A stretch of DNA of 64,000 bases from a virus: positions 51,599 through 115,598 of the IMG/VR virus record IMGVR_UViG_3300031918_000006; one strand, written 5' to 3'. The notes under the pieces are model-generated. The model had not been told where the DNA came from. It did no database searches and saw nothing but the letters and a program-made list of their open reading frames with translations. Below, one piece after another: positions 19,714 through 29,875 of this stretch (position 1 is the stretch's first letter; every line of letters begins with the position of its first letter). The position numbers and the translations under genes are program-made.

Positions 19714-20854
19714 GTATACACTTGAATATAGGTAGATTAGGCACTCCTTTTGGTGAGAGATGGAAGAATTTAATAGTAGCCATTTTTCCTATATAATCTT
19801 TAATATTTTCAAGATATTCAACTCTTTTAGCCACATTACCTGTGGGTTTAGCTTCAAATGCTATTCCTTTATCAGTAACTAAAGTGAACACCATATCCTC
19901 AGGACGAAGTCCTTTAGAACAACCGGTAATTTTAAACTCTGCATCTTGCATGAGTTTTACCTTAATCATACGTTTATCACGCCCACCTATTTTATATGTA
20001 GCAGAAGCGTCTCTCCAAATACCTCCTTCATAACCTTCTGAAATCCATTGGTCGTGGAGTTTCATAATAGTATCTATATCTTCAGATTCAATCTTAATGT
20101 GTTCAACTATAACTACTTTATCAGTAGTAGGTTGGATTTCTTTAAGAATTTTAAGTCTCTGCTCAAAAGTTAAGTCATCTGCTACAATATCAAAAATCCA
20201 ATACTGTAAAGCATCATGTCTCTCCGGAATATATTCTCTTTTGCGGGCATGTCCAGAAATTTCATCTAAGAATTTCCCGTGACAATATATTTCACCATCT
20301 AGTTGATAATCTGGATACTTGTCAAAGAAAGTCTTAAAACAACCATCTTTAACTATTTCAGTACAAGCAGGATCATAGTCCTTACCTCCTCTGCTTACAG
20401 TACCCATAAGTTTTTTAACCATCCTTACTCCGTCAAGTTTACGTGAAAGATAACCTATCTTTCCATTAATTATACGTAGTATTCTAGTTATAATAATTTT
20501 TCTAGCCTCATCTTCAGAGACTAATGAATCTATTTTACCTCTAGAATCTAGAGCTAACATAGGTTTTTTATTTCCGTTTCTATCTGTTTTGTGTTCAATA
20601 AGGTCAGTAATCTCATCTTTATATCCTTTGTCATAGGCTTTATTTATAAGACTATTAAATTCTAATTCCATTTGAGTTTTAATACATCTACCTGCTTTTC
20701 CTATCTTTATTTCTAAAGTAGGTTGAGAGACATCTGTTCCTCCAACTAAACCAGAGGATCTTTTAATTTCATATCCAGGAAATTTATCAATAACTTGAAA
20801 AGACACATATCGTGTCTTTCCTTTGCTATCAACATTATACAATGTTTTATCCAT
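19697..20854 (-). CDS. ATP-dependent DNA ligase
   Basis: KPMLA, KLDGVR, LDGEIY, FD, EGGIWR, MIKVK and C-terminal OB-fold motifs. Confidence 0.92.
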   Translation of the reverse strand: MDKTLYNVDSKGKTRYVSFQVIDKFPGYEIKRSSGLVGGTDVSQPTLEIKIGKAGRCIKTQMELEFNSLINKAYDKGYKDEITDLIEHKTDRNGNKKPMLALDSRGKIDSLVSEDEARKIIITRILRIINGKIGYLSRKLDGVRMVKKLMGTVSRGGKDYDPACTEIVKDGCFKTFFDKYPDYQLDGEIYCHGKFLDEISGHARKREYIPERHDALQYWIFDIVADDLTFEQRLKILKEIQPTTDKVVIVEHIKIESEDIDTIMKLHDQWISEGYEGGIWRDASATYKIGGRDKRMIKVKLMQDAEFKITGCSKGLRPEDMVFTLVTDKGIAFEAKPTGNVAKRVEYLENIKDYIGKMATIKFFHLSPKGVPNLPIFKCIRETDE

Positions 20855-21173
20855 TTTTGTGATCTTCTATAAATTTGTCTAATAAAGATAATGCTTTCAT
20901 TCTATCAGAATAATATCCGGACATTATAGCAGTTTTTAATTCTTCATAAATATCTCTTAAAGTATTTATCGGCAAGGGTTTTATTACCATAGGAATTATT
21001 TCTTTATACATAATTCCAGTTTCATCACTTCTCTCTGAGGGTAAACAACATGTATTAGAACATTCCCCTTTATATTCAAAATAACATCCAGCACATCCTT
21101 CTAATGGGTCAGGCACAACCATAAGAGTAATACCTTTATAATCAAATGTATCCCCAATTTTATGCTCTTCCAT
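20847..21173 (-). CDS. Hypothetical Cys-rich protein
   Basis: CAGCYF...CSNTCC cluster; overlaps both neighbours. Confidence 0.6.
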   Translation of the reverse strand: MEEHKIGDTFDYKGITLMVVPDPLEGCAGCYFEYKGECSNTCCLPSERSDETGIMYKEIIPMVIKPLPINTLRDIYEELKTAIMSGYYSDRMKALSLLDKFIEDHKNG

Positions 21174-22032
21174 AAATTATAAGATTTCTTGGTATATTAT
21201 AAGGATTATTTCGTTTGAAATCAGAAGCATCATGTCGTTTTTTAATTTTCAAATATACTTCTTCTTTTACAGTTGTAGGAAATCTAACCATCTTTAAAAG
21301 ACATTGATCTACTTCAGCATAACTAGAAGCACCTAGTTGATCTAAATCACTATTTGTAATGCCTAGACCATCTGTAGGAGTAGCATCTATACAAGCTCCT
21401 AAAGCATAAGCTTCAGCTTGTTTATCTTCTAATTCCAATTGATTTACTAAATACTTAGATAAACCATATACTTCTGTTTTCCAGAGATTTTGAAACATTC
21501 CATAGTCACCAACGTCACCATGTAAAGTCCAGAAACCTAATAGATACTCAGTAAAGTTATCTGTGGAGAGAACCATGCCTTTATTATACTGAGCTAGATT
21601 GTAAAGATAAATCATTCTCATACGAGCTTTAATGTTACCCATACGTATCTTTTTCTCAAATTCTGATTCTTTTTTTAAAGGATCTATAATAAAAGTATCC
21701 ATAGTGTGAGATAATTGCTGAAAAGGAAATCCCAGATCCATCTCATGAAATTGAGTACAAAAATGTTTACCTATACCTAAGGCACGATTAATCTCATCTT
21801 TGTGATTACTCTGAATCGGAATACTTACTCCAATTAAAGGTATATTTAATTCATCACAAATAGGTTTAGCTAAAACTGCGCATAAAGCAGAATCAATACC
21901 TCCTGAAATTCCTAATACTAGAGATTTTAATCCACTATTAGATAAGTAATCCATCAATTCTTTTCTTATGTTATCACACATCAATTCATAATCAGTTTGA
22001 ATTTCTAATTGATACGTTGTATCTGTTATCAT
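21160..22032 (-). CDS. nadE: NH3-dependent NAD+ synthetase
   Basis: LGISGGIDS PP-loop, GNIKARMRM, GFWTLHGD, KTEVY, PTDGL; no glutaminase domain. Confidence 0.93.
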   Translation of the reverse strand: MITDTTYQLEIQTDYELMCDNIRKELMDYLSNSGLKSLVLGISGGIDSALCAVLAKPICDELNIPLIGVSIPIQSNHKDEINRALGIGKHFCTQFHEMDLGFPFQQLSHTMDTFIIDPLKKESEFEKKIRMGNIKARMRMIYLYNLAQYNKGMVLSTDNFTEYLLGFWTLHGDVGDYGMFQNLWKTEVYGLSKYLVNQLELEDKQAEAYALGACIDATPTDGLGITNSDLDQLGASSYAEVDQCLLKMVRFPTTVKEEVYLKIKKRHDASDFKRNNPYNIPRNLIIYGRA

Positions 22033-23180
22033 AATTTTAATTCTTTTTTACAGGTTATTATTTCTTCCGAATCACCAGTATTTTTTCCCAGATCATCTGA
22101 GATTTTAACTGTATGCTTATCACCAACTTTACTTAATTTAATTACTATATTTAAAGGTTTTATTCCAGTAATATCATTGGTTATATAAGTACCCACACCA
22201 TAAGTTTTATCCAAGGTGGCATTAGGTCTATAAGAGTCAATTGCATTAATTTTCTCTAAATTTAGAGAATCACTATACATCACTCCTTTAGCTTTTGCAA
22301 TTTTATTGTCAAGTAAATATTTCAAAACTAAATCAGTATAAATTAATGGATCACCACTATCTTGTCTAAAACCATCTAATTCTCTAGCATCTTTAGGATC
22401 TAAATTACTAAAGAAATGTGTAGAAGTATAAGTGTCTGTTAAGACTATATTTAACTTTTTATCATACACAGTTTTCCAAGTTTTCATAGCTTTTTCATTA
22501 GCTAAGATATATCCAAATTTAGCACCATGAAACATTATCCATTCATGAGCAGTAGTTCCTTTAATAGGAAGATTATGGATCATTCCAAAATACATATTAC
22601 TGGTTCCTCTTAAACCATTATTCATTTTTAGAATACTGATAGCTAAGGATTGTGCTAATTTAGAAAATCTTCTACGAGTCCCAAACTCAATAATATGATA
22701 GTCTTTTTCAGACATAATCCTTCCTTTTTCGGCAGTACGAGTTTTAAAATCACTTAAACTTGTATTAGGATTTTCAATTTCAAAATATACTTGTGAAATT
22801 ATAGCCATAAGTGGAACTTCCCAAAGGATAATATTTTTCCAATTTCCTTTAATTTTTATAGATAAATTAGAACCTGATCCTGTAATAATTACATCTTCCG
22901 GATTAAATCTATAATTTTTAATAAATTCAAAAAAATCTTCGTCAAATAGAGAACCTAAATCTTTTCTTAAAAAAAGTTCTTCTATTTGAGTTAAACTAAT
23001 ATTTGACATAAGTTTAACTTGTTCTCGAATTTCTGCACATACTTCTGGGGAAAATTCTCTTTTATCTCTATTATGGAATGTATACTCAACCTGTTCTGTA
23101 GGATAAGTTTTTAGTACAGCATTCAACATTGTGCATTTGTACAAATCATTGTCTAAAAGACTAGTTATTATTTGGTTCAT
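22029..23180 (-). CDS. pncB: Nicotinate phosphoribosyltransferase
   Basis: SLLDNDLYK, WEVPLMA, EFGTRRR, GTSN, GTTAHEW, LTDTY, RQDSGDP, SDSL, GVGT, KISDD. Confidence 0.93.
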   Translation of the reverse strand: MNQIITSLLDNDLYKCTMLNAVLKTYPTEQVEYTFHNRDKREFSPEVCAEIREQVKLMSNISLTQIEELFLRKDLGSLFDEDFFEFIKNYRFNPEDVIITGSGSNLSIKIKGNWKNIILWEVPLMAIISQVYFEIENPNTSLSDFKTRTAEKGRIMSEKDYHIIEFGTRRRFSKLAQSLAISILKMNNGLRGTSNMYFGMIHNLPIKGTTAHEWIMFHGAKFGYILANEKAMKTWKTVYDKKLNIVLTDTYTSTHFFSNLDPKDARELDGFRQDSGDPLIYTDLVLKYLLDNKIAKAKGVMYSDSLNLEKINAIDSYRPNATLDKTYGVGTYITNDITGIKPLNIVIKLSKVGDKHTVKISDDLGKNTGDSEEIITCKKELKL

Positions 23181-23641
23181 GATGGTCTCATTATGTATTT
23201 ATTAGTATTTTCAATCTCAGGCATTTCGAATCCCTGTTCTTTGGCTCTCATCTTTTTATATTCTATAAATCGATTATTATAAAGTTCAGCTAAATCAGTT
23301 TGTACTCTTCTAAGTACCTCTAACTCATGTTCGGACCAGTATTTAGCGGCAACTCCTGCTTTAAAAGCAGCGTCATCATTAAATGGAGTTCTAAAATGGC
23401 CATAAACTTTAATTAGTCTAAAATACCACCACACTCTTCTTTTATGTCTTTCTGGCCATCCACTCCTTCCTGTATGTTGTACTGTTATGTTACTAAAACT
23501 TACTCCAGAAAATATATTTCCTGAACTACTTGCAGTTAGAGTACCTGTTGAGGTAATATTCCCTGAACTACTTGCAGTTAGAGTATCTGTTGAGGTAATA
23601 CTACCACTCATTGCATTAACTACTATTGCGGGTTGTGTCAT
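23177..23641 (-). CDS. Hypothetical protein with Ser/Thr-rich duplicated segment
   Basis: Likely start at ATG 23641, downstream of a terminator; ITSTxTLTASSSGN occurs twice. Confidence 0.6.
   Translation of the reverse strand: MTQPAIVVNAMSGSITSTDTLTASSSGNITSTGTLTASSSGNIFSGVSFSNITVQHTGRSGWPERHKRRVWWYFRLIKVYGHFRTPFNDDAAFKAGVAAKYWSEHELEVLRRVQTDLAELYNNRFIEYKKMRAKEQGFEMPEIENTNKYIMRPS
23514..23600. repeat. 42-bp tandem duplication (2 copies)
   Basis: CTGAACTACTTGCAGTTAGAGTA(C/T)CTGTTGAGGTAATA starts at 23521 and 23563. Confidence 0.9.
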
Positions 23642-23651
23642 ATCTAAATTT

Positions 23652-23684
23652 AAAAAAATAGCGAATCGGTTTCCCAATTCGCTA
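23652..23684 (-). terminator. Intrinsic terminator
   Basis: Minus strand UAGCGAAUUGG-GAAA-CCGAUUCGCUA followed by U7. Confidence 0.8.
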
Positions 23685-23695
23685 AAAAACATTAA

Positions 23696-24151
23696 TTAAA
23701 ATGGTAAGTCATTTGTGACTTCTATTTTTTTTACTTGCATAAACAAGTTTACATTTTTTTGGATGAAATCAATTTGCTGAACTAAAATAGCATTTACCAT
23801 CTCACGACCTAATGCTCCTCTAGACTCGGTAGAGATTTGCATCATTTGTTTATTAGGTTTTAAAGCCCTACCCTCTGCAATCATAGTACCTTTCACAACA
23901 TCATACTTATCAGTAGGGTTAGTAATAGACAATCCGATAGAAAGTTCTTTAACTATTCTATCTTCATTCCAACGGGTAATAGTTTGGACTGATTTGCCTT
24001 TAATCACATCCCATTTGGTTTTTTGATTAGGCTCTTGGTATTTGACAACCTCCAATACTCCAACTATTACTGCATTATGTTGCACTGCATTACTGTCTGT
24101 GATAATAAATTCTTTTACAATTGTTTCATGCGAATCTGAATCTTTTTTCAT
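23696..24151 (-). CDS. Hypothetical protein
   Basis: 151-aa ORF ending NDLPF. Confidence 0.65.
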   Translation of the reverse strand: MKKDSDSHETIVKEFIITDSNAVQHNAVIVGVLEVVKYQEPNQKTKWDVIKGKSVQTITRWNEDRIVKELSIGLSITNPTDKYDVVKGTMIAEGRALKPNKQMMQISTESRGALGREMVNAILVQQIDFIQKNVNLFMQVKKIEVTNDLPF

Positions 24152-24162
24152 GATCTTATTTT

Positions 24163-24627
24163 TTAAATTAACGGGATTGAATCCCCATATTTTTTATTAA
24201 GTGCTTTATTTATACCATCCAGAATTACTCTTGTTTCTGGGGTTACTCCGTCTACACTTGTAAGACGAAACATTTTTTTCCATTCATATTTAGAACCACT
24301 TACATAAAAATCTGTTCTTATCCCTAGTGGTAAAATTTTGAAGGCTATTTTAGGGGAAACCCCTGCTGCAATCAAACTGAAGTAATTAACTTCTGCTGCT
24401 GCACATCCATCATGATATATTAATTCTGCTAAAGAATTTTCTATCATAGTTTCAGGAGTGATGATAGAGATTTCATCTGCCCTAATATCATCTGAGATTG
24501 TTTTAACTTCTATATAAGAACTTATTTCTCTACAAACTAATGCATCACTAGTTATTGCAACTATTATGTTATCAGTCTCTCTAGATAATAAATCTATAAT
24601 TTCAAAATGTGGTGTTATATATTTCAC
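24163..24627 (-). CDS. Degenerate ThyX-like protein
   Basis: YFSLIAAGVSPKIAFKILPLGIRTDFYVSG...W..MFRL resembles the ThyX C-terminal half; the RHR...SxR signature is absent. Confidence 0.5.
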   Translation of the reverse strand: MKYITPHFEIIDLLSRETDNIIVAITSDALVCREISSYIEVKTISDDIRADEISIITPETMIENSLAELIYHDGCAAAEVNYFSLIAAGVSPKIAFKILPLGIRTDFYVSGSKYEWKKMFRLTSVDGVTPETRVILDGINKALNKKYGDSIPLI

Positions 24628-24884
24628 TCTTCATTGGTTTTATAAGTAAAAGTCTTAATATCTGCACTTTGATGAAAACCATTTGCTTGACAAGATGGTT
24701 TAAATACTGTAACTTTTATTTCATAACAGTCTTCCACTTCATTGTAAGATAATCTGGTTTCACTACCAATAGTCTCACATTTTACAGTAGTAATAACTCC
24801 ATGATTTCTAGAACCTACTCTACTTGCAGTTCCTTTACTTCCATACACATCACCAAACATAAAAAGTCCTTTAGGTTTAGCCAT
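24624..24884 (-). CDS. Hypothetical protein
   Basis: Probable start ATG 24884 overlaps the end of dut. Confidence 0.55.
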   Translation of the reverse strand: MAKPKGLFMFGDVYGSKGTASRVGSRNHGVITTVKCETIGSETRLSYNEVEDCYEIKVTVFKPSCQANGFHQSADIKTFTYKTNEE

Positions 24885-25323
24885 TAGCTTTTCTCCCATC
24901 GGTACCAGTATGGCCAAAGCCACCCTCGCCTCTTTCTGTTTCAGATAGTTCTACTGATTTTTCCCATTCTATTGACAAGACTTCAGCCCAAACAAGTTGA
25001 GCAATTCTATCTCCAGGATTAATTGTAAATGGATCTTTAGAGAGATTTACAAGAATTACTTTGATTTCTCCTCTGTAATCAGCATCTATGGTTCCTGGGC
25101 TATTTAAGACCGTTACACCATGTTTAAAAGCTATTCCAGACTTTGGTCTCACTTGTATCTCAGATCCCTTAGGAACCTCTACAAATAGACCTGTAGGAAT
25201 AGCAGCTCTCTCAAGCATACCTAAAATAATAGGTTCTGTAATATTGGCACTAACGTCCATTCCCGCTGCCCATCTAGTTTCATATCTAGGCAATGCATTA
25301 TCTGATTTGTTTATAATTTTCAT
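24877..25323 (-). CDS. dut: Trimeric dUTPase
   Basis: AGMD, RPKSG, GTIDADYRGE, RIAQL, RGEGGFGHTG motifs. Confidence 0.96.
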   Translation of the reverse strand: MKIINKSDNALPRYETRWAAGMDVSANITEPIILGMLERAAIPTGLFVEVPKGSEIQVRPKSGIAFKHGVTVLNSPGTIDADYRGEIKVILVNLSKDPFTINPGDRIAQLVWAEVLSIEWEKSVELSETERGEGGFGHTGTDGRKANG

Positions 25324-26342
25324 AACGGTTTTTGTATTAATTGTCTATATTGAATCCAACCTTTAAAATTTCCAGACCATAGATGACCTTTTGAGTCTGA
25401 ATGTGTAAATCCACTTCCTACTCCTAAATTATAATTACTAATTGTGGGAACTTGAGCACAATGTTCAAAAGGACTCATATGCTTATTTTCCAGTAAGTTA
25501 TCATGCAATTGAATATCTTTATGATAATCTATCTTTCCATCAAAATTATTGTAAGATGTTCTTGCACAACGTGCTGTAGCTACTTTAAGTTTTAATTCAT
25601 TTTCTAATGAACCATGCCAAATAGTAGTACCAGATGGTATATTTTCTCTAATAAAATCTTTTAAATTAATTCTATCACCAAATGGCATATGCCATTCTCC
25701 AAGTTTTAAGGACTTAGGAGTGCTTTCTATCATTGCATCATACATTGCTTCAGCTAAAGCTTGTATATGTATTTCTGCTCCAGAATGACTTAAGTTCCAC
25801 CATTCCCATTCATTTAATTCATAAGGAAGTGTATGTACTTTTTCTAATTCTTTTCTTGATTTATAAAAAACATCAGGTTCAGTATTTACTGCATATTTTG
25901 GACATCTTAATTCAAAGAATCCGCTAAATTCAGTAGCTGTTACCAGTACTTTATGCCATAAAAATGGCTCTAAAAGACGGTTACAAAGTTGTTTTGTTAT
26001 ATTACTTTCACTAAACTGTATTGCTGCTTTCAATGCTGATTCTTTTGCATTTATCCAACCCCAATAAGGACTATTTGGATTTTCTTTTCCTGGTAAATAT
26101 TCTGTACCTTGCATTCCAGAATGATCTTTTTGCCACGCAATTGGAATAAAAGGATCTTCTATTACAGATGCCACCATTTTATAAAATGGAATAGCTCTAG
26201 AAGAAGCACTATTTCTACTAAAAACTCTATGAGTCATTAGTTCCGAATGTATAAATCTCGGATATGTTAAAACATAAGTAGTGATCCTATCTCCCTTTGG
26301 GGACATAGAATCACATATTATTTCTGCATTTATTTTGTTCAT
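25320..26342 (-). CDS. thyX: FAD-dependent thymidylate synthase (ThyX-like)
   Basis: THRVFSRNSASSR signature, KQLCNRLLEPF, FFELR, ARCARTSY, HMSPFEH. Confidence 0.85.
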   Translation of the reverse strand: MNKINAEIICDSMSPKGDRITTYVLTYPRFIHSELMTHRVFSRNSASSRAIPFYKMVASVIEDPFIPIAWQKDHSGMQGTEYLPGKENPNSPYWGWINAKESALKAAIQFSESNITKQLCNRLLEPFLWHKVLVTATEFSGFFELRCPKYAVNTEPDVFYKSRKELEKVHTLPYELNEWEWWNLSHSGAEIHIQALAEAMYDAMIESTPKSLKLGEWHMPFGDRINLKDFIRENIPSGTTIWHGSLENELKLKVATARCARTSYNNFDGKIDYHKDIQLHDNLLENKHMSPFEHCAQVPTISNYNLGVGSGFTHSDSKGHLWSGNFKGWIQYRQLIQKPL

Positions 26343-28756
26343 TAACCACATTTGTTATAACCACAATCCACATCAGAACATTTTACACATCCTTCAATAC
26401 GAATCATTTTTTTACCACATTCAGGACATTTTTCCTCTAAAATAGCCTCTATTGCATATTTTGCAAGAGTTCTTGTAATAGCTTTACAGAAAGCAGTCAC
26501 AGAAGTTGGAACTTGTCCAAGTTGATCTATGATAAAGTTTAAATCAATTCCTTGTCTTAAACCTAAAACAGAGATCATTCTTGTTAAAGCCTGCTCTTCA
26601 TCACTTCCAAAATAATTTGCAATATTTTTTATAGTGACTGATTCAGTCTCTAAGTTATAATTTTTACCTACTTTTACTAAATTACCCTTTTTTACAGCTT
26701 TACCTAAAGAAATTTCCATTTCTTTAAAAGCAAAGATTTCATATGGTTTATCTTTAAATAATCCTACAATTACTAACCAATCATCTCCAGAGGCTTTCAA
26801 GTGATGTATATCACAAGGAAGTGTTTTAGGACGTTTAGTTGTTATTGTTTGAGGATCACTTTTTTCAACCTTTTTTAACACTGCAGACATAGTACCTGCT
26901 CGATAAGTAGTTAAACCTTTAATCGTCCCAGTTTTCCAAGCCTTAATATAAAGACTCTTAAAGTCTTCATAAGGATAGTCATTTGGTAAATTAATAGTCT
27001 TACTTAAAGCTGCGTCTACATAACTTGAAACTATGGTCATGATACTTAAATGAGCATCTACATTTAACTGTTCAGTAGTTTTGGCCCACTCAGCTTTTGG
27101 ATCCCACTCACCAATACTTTTAAGATAATGTACAGCATAATCTTCAACTAAGGATTCTTTTACGTATCCTCCAGTTTGAGACCATTTATAAGTTATTCCG
27201 TCTAAAATAGTAGATTTAAATTGTGTATCACCTTCCATTTTAGTACCAAGCCATTTATCATGAGTACCTAAATCTCTTGGTAACACGTCTACACCATGAG
27301 TTCTTATATATTCTGTCATAAAGACAGGTTCAAATCCCCCAGATATATTATTAGCTAAAATACCAGTATTTCCTGTTGGTTGTACTGAAGTTAAATGGCT
27401 ATTTCTTAAGCCATAAAGCTTAATAAGATCCATAGTTTCAGAAGTTAGAGCTTGAGTCCAAAAATCAGATTCTAAGAAATTCTCATAATTCCATAAAGGA
27501 AATGGTCCTTTTTCTTTAGCCAATAAAGCAGAGGCTTGATAAATTTGATTAGTTACAAATTCAAAGTACTTCTTAACTAAGAGTTTACTTTCTTCAGATC
27601 CATACTCAACTTTTAATATCATTAAAGCAGAACCTAAACCAGTTACACCGATTCCAATTCTTCTCTTATTCTGAATTTCTGTATATTGTTCTGGAAGTGG
27701 CATAAATGTCACATCTATTACATTATCTAACAATCGGACAATTGAAGGGATATGTACTTCTAAGGCATCATAGTTCCAATCTTTCCTATCATCACTGATA
27801 AATTGAGTAGCATTAATACTACCTAATAAACAAGCTCCTCCAATTGGAAGTGGCTGTTCTCCACAAGGATTAGTAGCATTTATAGTTTCGATAACTTTTA
27901 GATTATTCATACCATTTACGGTATCAATAAACAAACAACCTGGTTCTGCTCTATTATAAGTAGAGGTCATTATTAAATTATACAATTCTCTAGCTGGTAT
28001 AGTCTTATAAACTATAATTTTTCCACCTAGTTTTTGCCATCCTTCAATATCACCATCCCAAGATTTTTTATAAAGAGGTTTATCTGCCTCAATATCAGGA
28101 AATATTAATTGCCAATCTTCATCGGCAAGTACAGCTTCCATAAACTTATCTGTTAATAGCACTGACATATTGAATTTAGTCAATCTACCTTCAGTTTGTT
28201 TCGCTGTTATAAATTCTAGAATATCAGGATGCCACACATAAGCTGTAACCATTTGAGCTCCTTTTCTATTCTTTTTCTTACCTTCTGTATTTTCTAATCC
28301 ACTTCCTGAAGTTATAACTCTAGATTGTGTATCCCACATATCTAATTGAGCTACACTACCTGGAGTAGAACTTCCAATTCCTTTAATCATAGCTCCTCTT
28401 GGTCTCATTACTGAGCAACAGAATCCATAACCTCCCTCGGATTTTAAAATAAGAGCCTGTCTCCTAAGTTCGGCCATGATGCCTTCCATAGAATCTTGGT
28501 CTTCTCCTCTAAATCCAGAGACAAAACAATTAATATAACTTGTTGATTGATAATCGGTACCAGCATTAGAAAGTATTCTACCTCCTGGGACGAATTTAAA
28601 ATTTTCTAAGGCTGAGTAAAAATCTTTTTTATACTTACCTGAATCGGCCTCAGCCTCGGATAACTTTTCAGCTACCCGAAGCCACATGCCTTCAATTGAT
28701 TCTTCTTTATACTGGTAAGTAGTCTTAAATATTTCTTCTGACAGCTTATTCAACAT
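26342..28756 (-). CDS. nrdJ: Class II (B12-dependent) ribonucleotide reductase
   Basis: PGGRIL, NCFV, TNPCGEQPL, CLLGSIN, RRIGIG, QPTG, SKTINLP, C-terminal CPEC...C zinc ribbon; no nrdB nearby. Confidence 0.9.
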   Translation of the reverse strand: MLNKLSEEIFKTTYQYKEESIEGMWLRVAEKLSEAEADSGKYKKDFYSALENFKFVPGGRILSNAGTDYQSTSYINCFVSGFRGEDQDSMEGIMAELRRQALILKSEGGYGFCCSVMRPRGAMIKGIGSSTPGSVAQLDMWDTQSRVITSGSGLENTEGKKKNRKGAQMVTAYVWHPDILEFITAKQTEGRLTKFNMSVLLTDKFMEAVLADEDWQLIFPDIEADKPLYKKSWDGDIEGWQKLGGKIIVYKTIPARELYNLIMTSTYNRAEPGCLFIDTVNGMNNLKVIETINATNPCGEQPLPIGGACLLGSINATQFISDDRKDWNYDALEVHIPSIVRLLDNVIDVTFMPLPEQYTEIQNKRRIGIGVTGLGSALMILKVEYGSEESKLLVKKYFEFVTNQIYQASALLAKEKGPFPLWNYENFLESDFWTQALTSETMDLIKLYGLRNSHLTSVQPTGNTGILANNISGGFEPVFMTEYIRTHGVDVLPRDLGTHDKWLGTKMEGDTQFKSTILDGITYKWSQTGGYVKESLVEDYAVHYLKSIGEWDPKAEWAKTTEQLNVDAHLSIMTIVSSYVDAALSKTINLPNDYPYEDFKSLYIKAWKTGTIKGLTTYRAGTMSAVLKKVEKSDPQTITTKRPKTLPCDIHHLKASGDDWLVIVGLFKDKPYEIFAFKEMEISLGKAVKKGNLVKVGKNYNLETESVTIKNIANYFGSDEEQALTRMISVLGLRQGIDLNFIIDQLGQVPTSVTAFCKAITRTLAKYAIEAILEEKCPECGKKMIRIEGCVKCSDVDCGYNKCG

Positions 28757-29129
28757 CTACTCCTGGTTCTACTGGTTTTGGTATTTCTGGAACAACAATA
28801 GCTTCGATAGCTTCCTGCAGTTTTCTCATATAAGAGGCATCAGCAGCCAAATAAGCCTGTTTAATGTCATCATATAAGCTAGAGGTAATATCTATGTCTA
28901 ATTTATATTCCAAGCCTGAAAAACCACTTAAAATAGCAGCTTTAAAGGTATCTTTAGTATCTATATTTTCTTTTGTGAAACATAAAATATAAGAGTAGGA
29001 GTTAATCTCCTTGTCAAATATAAATGCTTTTAATTTTTCTACATTCTCGTTGATTGAGATCTGAACTTTTCCACCTTTAGCAGGATCTAAGTTGTTATCT
29101 AAAAATACGAGAATTTGATTAAACATCAT
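28746..29129 (-). CDS. Hypothetical protein
   Basis: Overlapping ORF in operon. Confidence 0.6.
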   Translation of the reverse strand: MMFNQILVFLDNNLDPAKGGKVQISINENVEKLKAFIFDKEINSYSYILCFTKENIDTKDTFKAAILSGFSGLEYKLDIDITSSLYDDIKQAYLAADASYMRKLQEAIEAIVVPEIPKPVEPGVDVE

Positions 29130-29875
29130 AAAATTGAATTAATTAACAGAGTTCTCTCTGCTGGGTTAATAATTTCTTTTTTGTCGTCTGTTATAATTTG
29201 TGTGAAAGCATTGTACACATTAAACATAGACACTTCTTTTGTTAGAGGAACATAATATTTAGAATCTTCATTAATAAAAACACTCTTATATGCCTGGATT
29301 GCTATATCCGGGGATAATTTTACAGAATGTATGCTATTAACATGTTCTTTACGTAAACAATTGTCTACCCACTTTCCTAAATAATTAAGCACTTCTCCTC
29401 GATCTAAAAATGTTTCCTTCAACGTTTTGATTTCGTTGTCAAAGTTACTTTCCATTTCTAGTAATTCTTTTATATTGTACTTCATGACAGTTTCTGGAAG
29501 TAACTCCTGTACCGTGATCCATTTCGGATCAAATACACTTAAGTTCATACAAGCACTGTTTAAGTACCCTCTATATATTTTATATAAAGGTTTTCTCACG
29601 TCTAAAGCATAGATAAATCCTATAACTTCTTGATGATCTTCCACTGAATTTTCTTCTGGTAACAATGCTTGAATCCACACCTTATTATAGGTAATGTCTT
29701 TAACAGCTTGCTCAGTAGTTAATTGAGATGGTAATATAGCATTTATAATGAAATTGTCTGTAAAATCAGACATTTTTTCAATAAAGGGGTTTACATATTT
29801 TTCGGTAGAGAAGTATTCTTTTCCTTTAATAGTAGTTGCTTTACCCTTAATTAGATTTTCTAATTGTAAAATCAT
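29126..29875 (-). CDS. Hypothetical protein (possibly DUF932-like)
   Basis: ACMNL and FNVYNAFTQ motifs recall DUF932-like phage proteins; family call is tentative. Confidence 0.5.
   Translation of the reverse strand: MILQLENLIKGKATTIKGKEYFSTEKYVNPFIEKMSDFTDNFIINAILPSQLTTEQAVKDITYNKVWIQALLPEENSVEDHQEVIGFIYALDVRKPLYKIYRGYLNSACMNLSVFDPKWITVQELLPETVMKYNIKELLEMESNFDNEIKTLKETFLDRGEVLNYLGKWVDNCLRKEHVNSIHSVKLSPDIAIQAYKSVFINEDSKYYVPLTKEVSMFNVYNAFTQIITDDKKEIINPAERTLLINSIL

Noticed and set aside
23514-23600. CRISPR mini-array
   Set aside because: Two directly adjacent 42-bp units with no spacer, in frame within a CDS.
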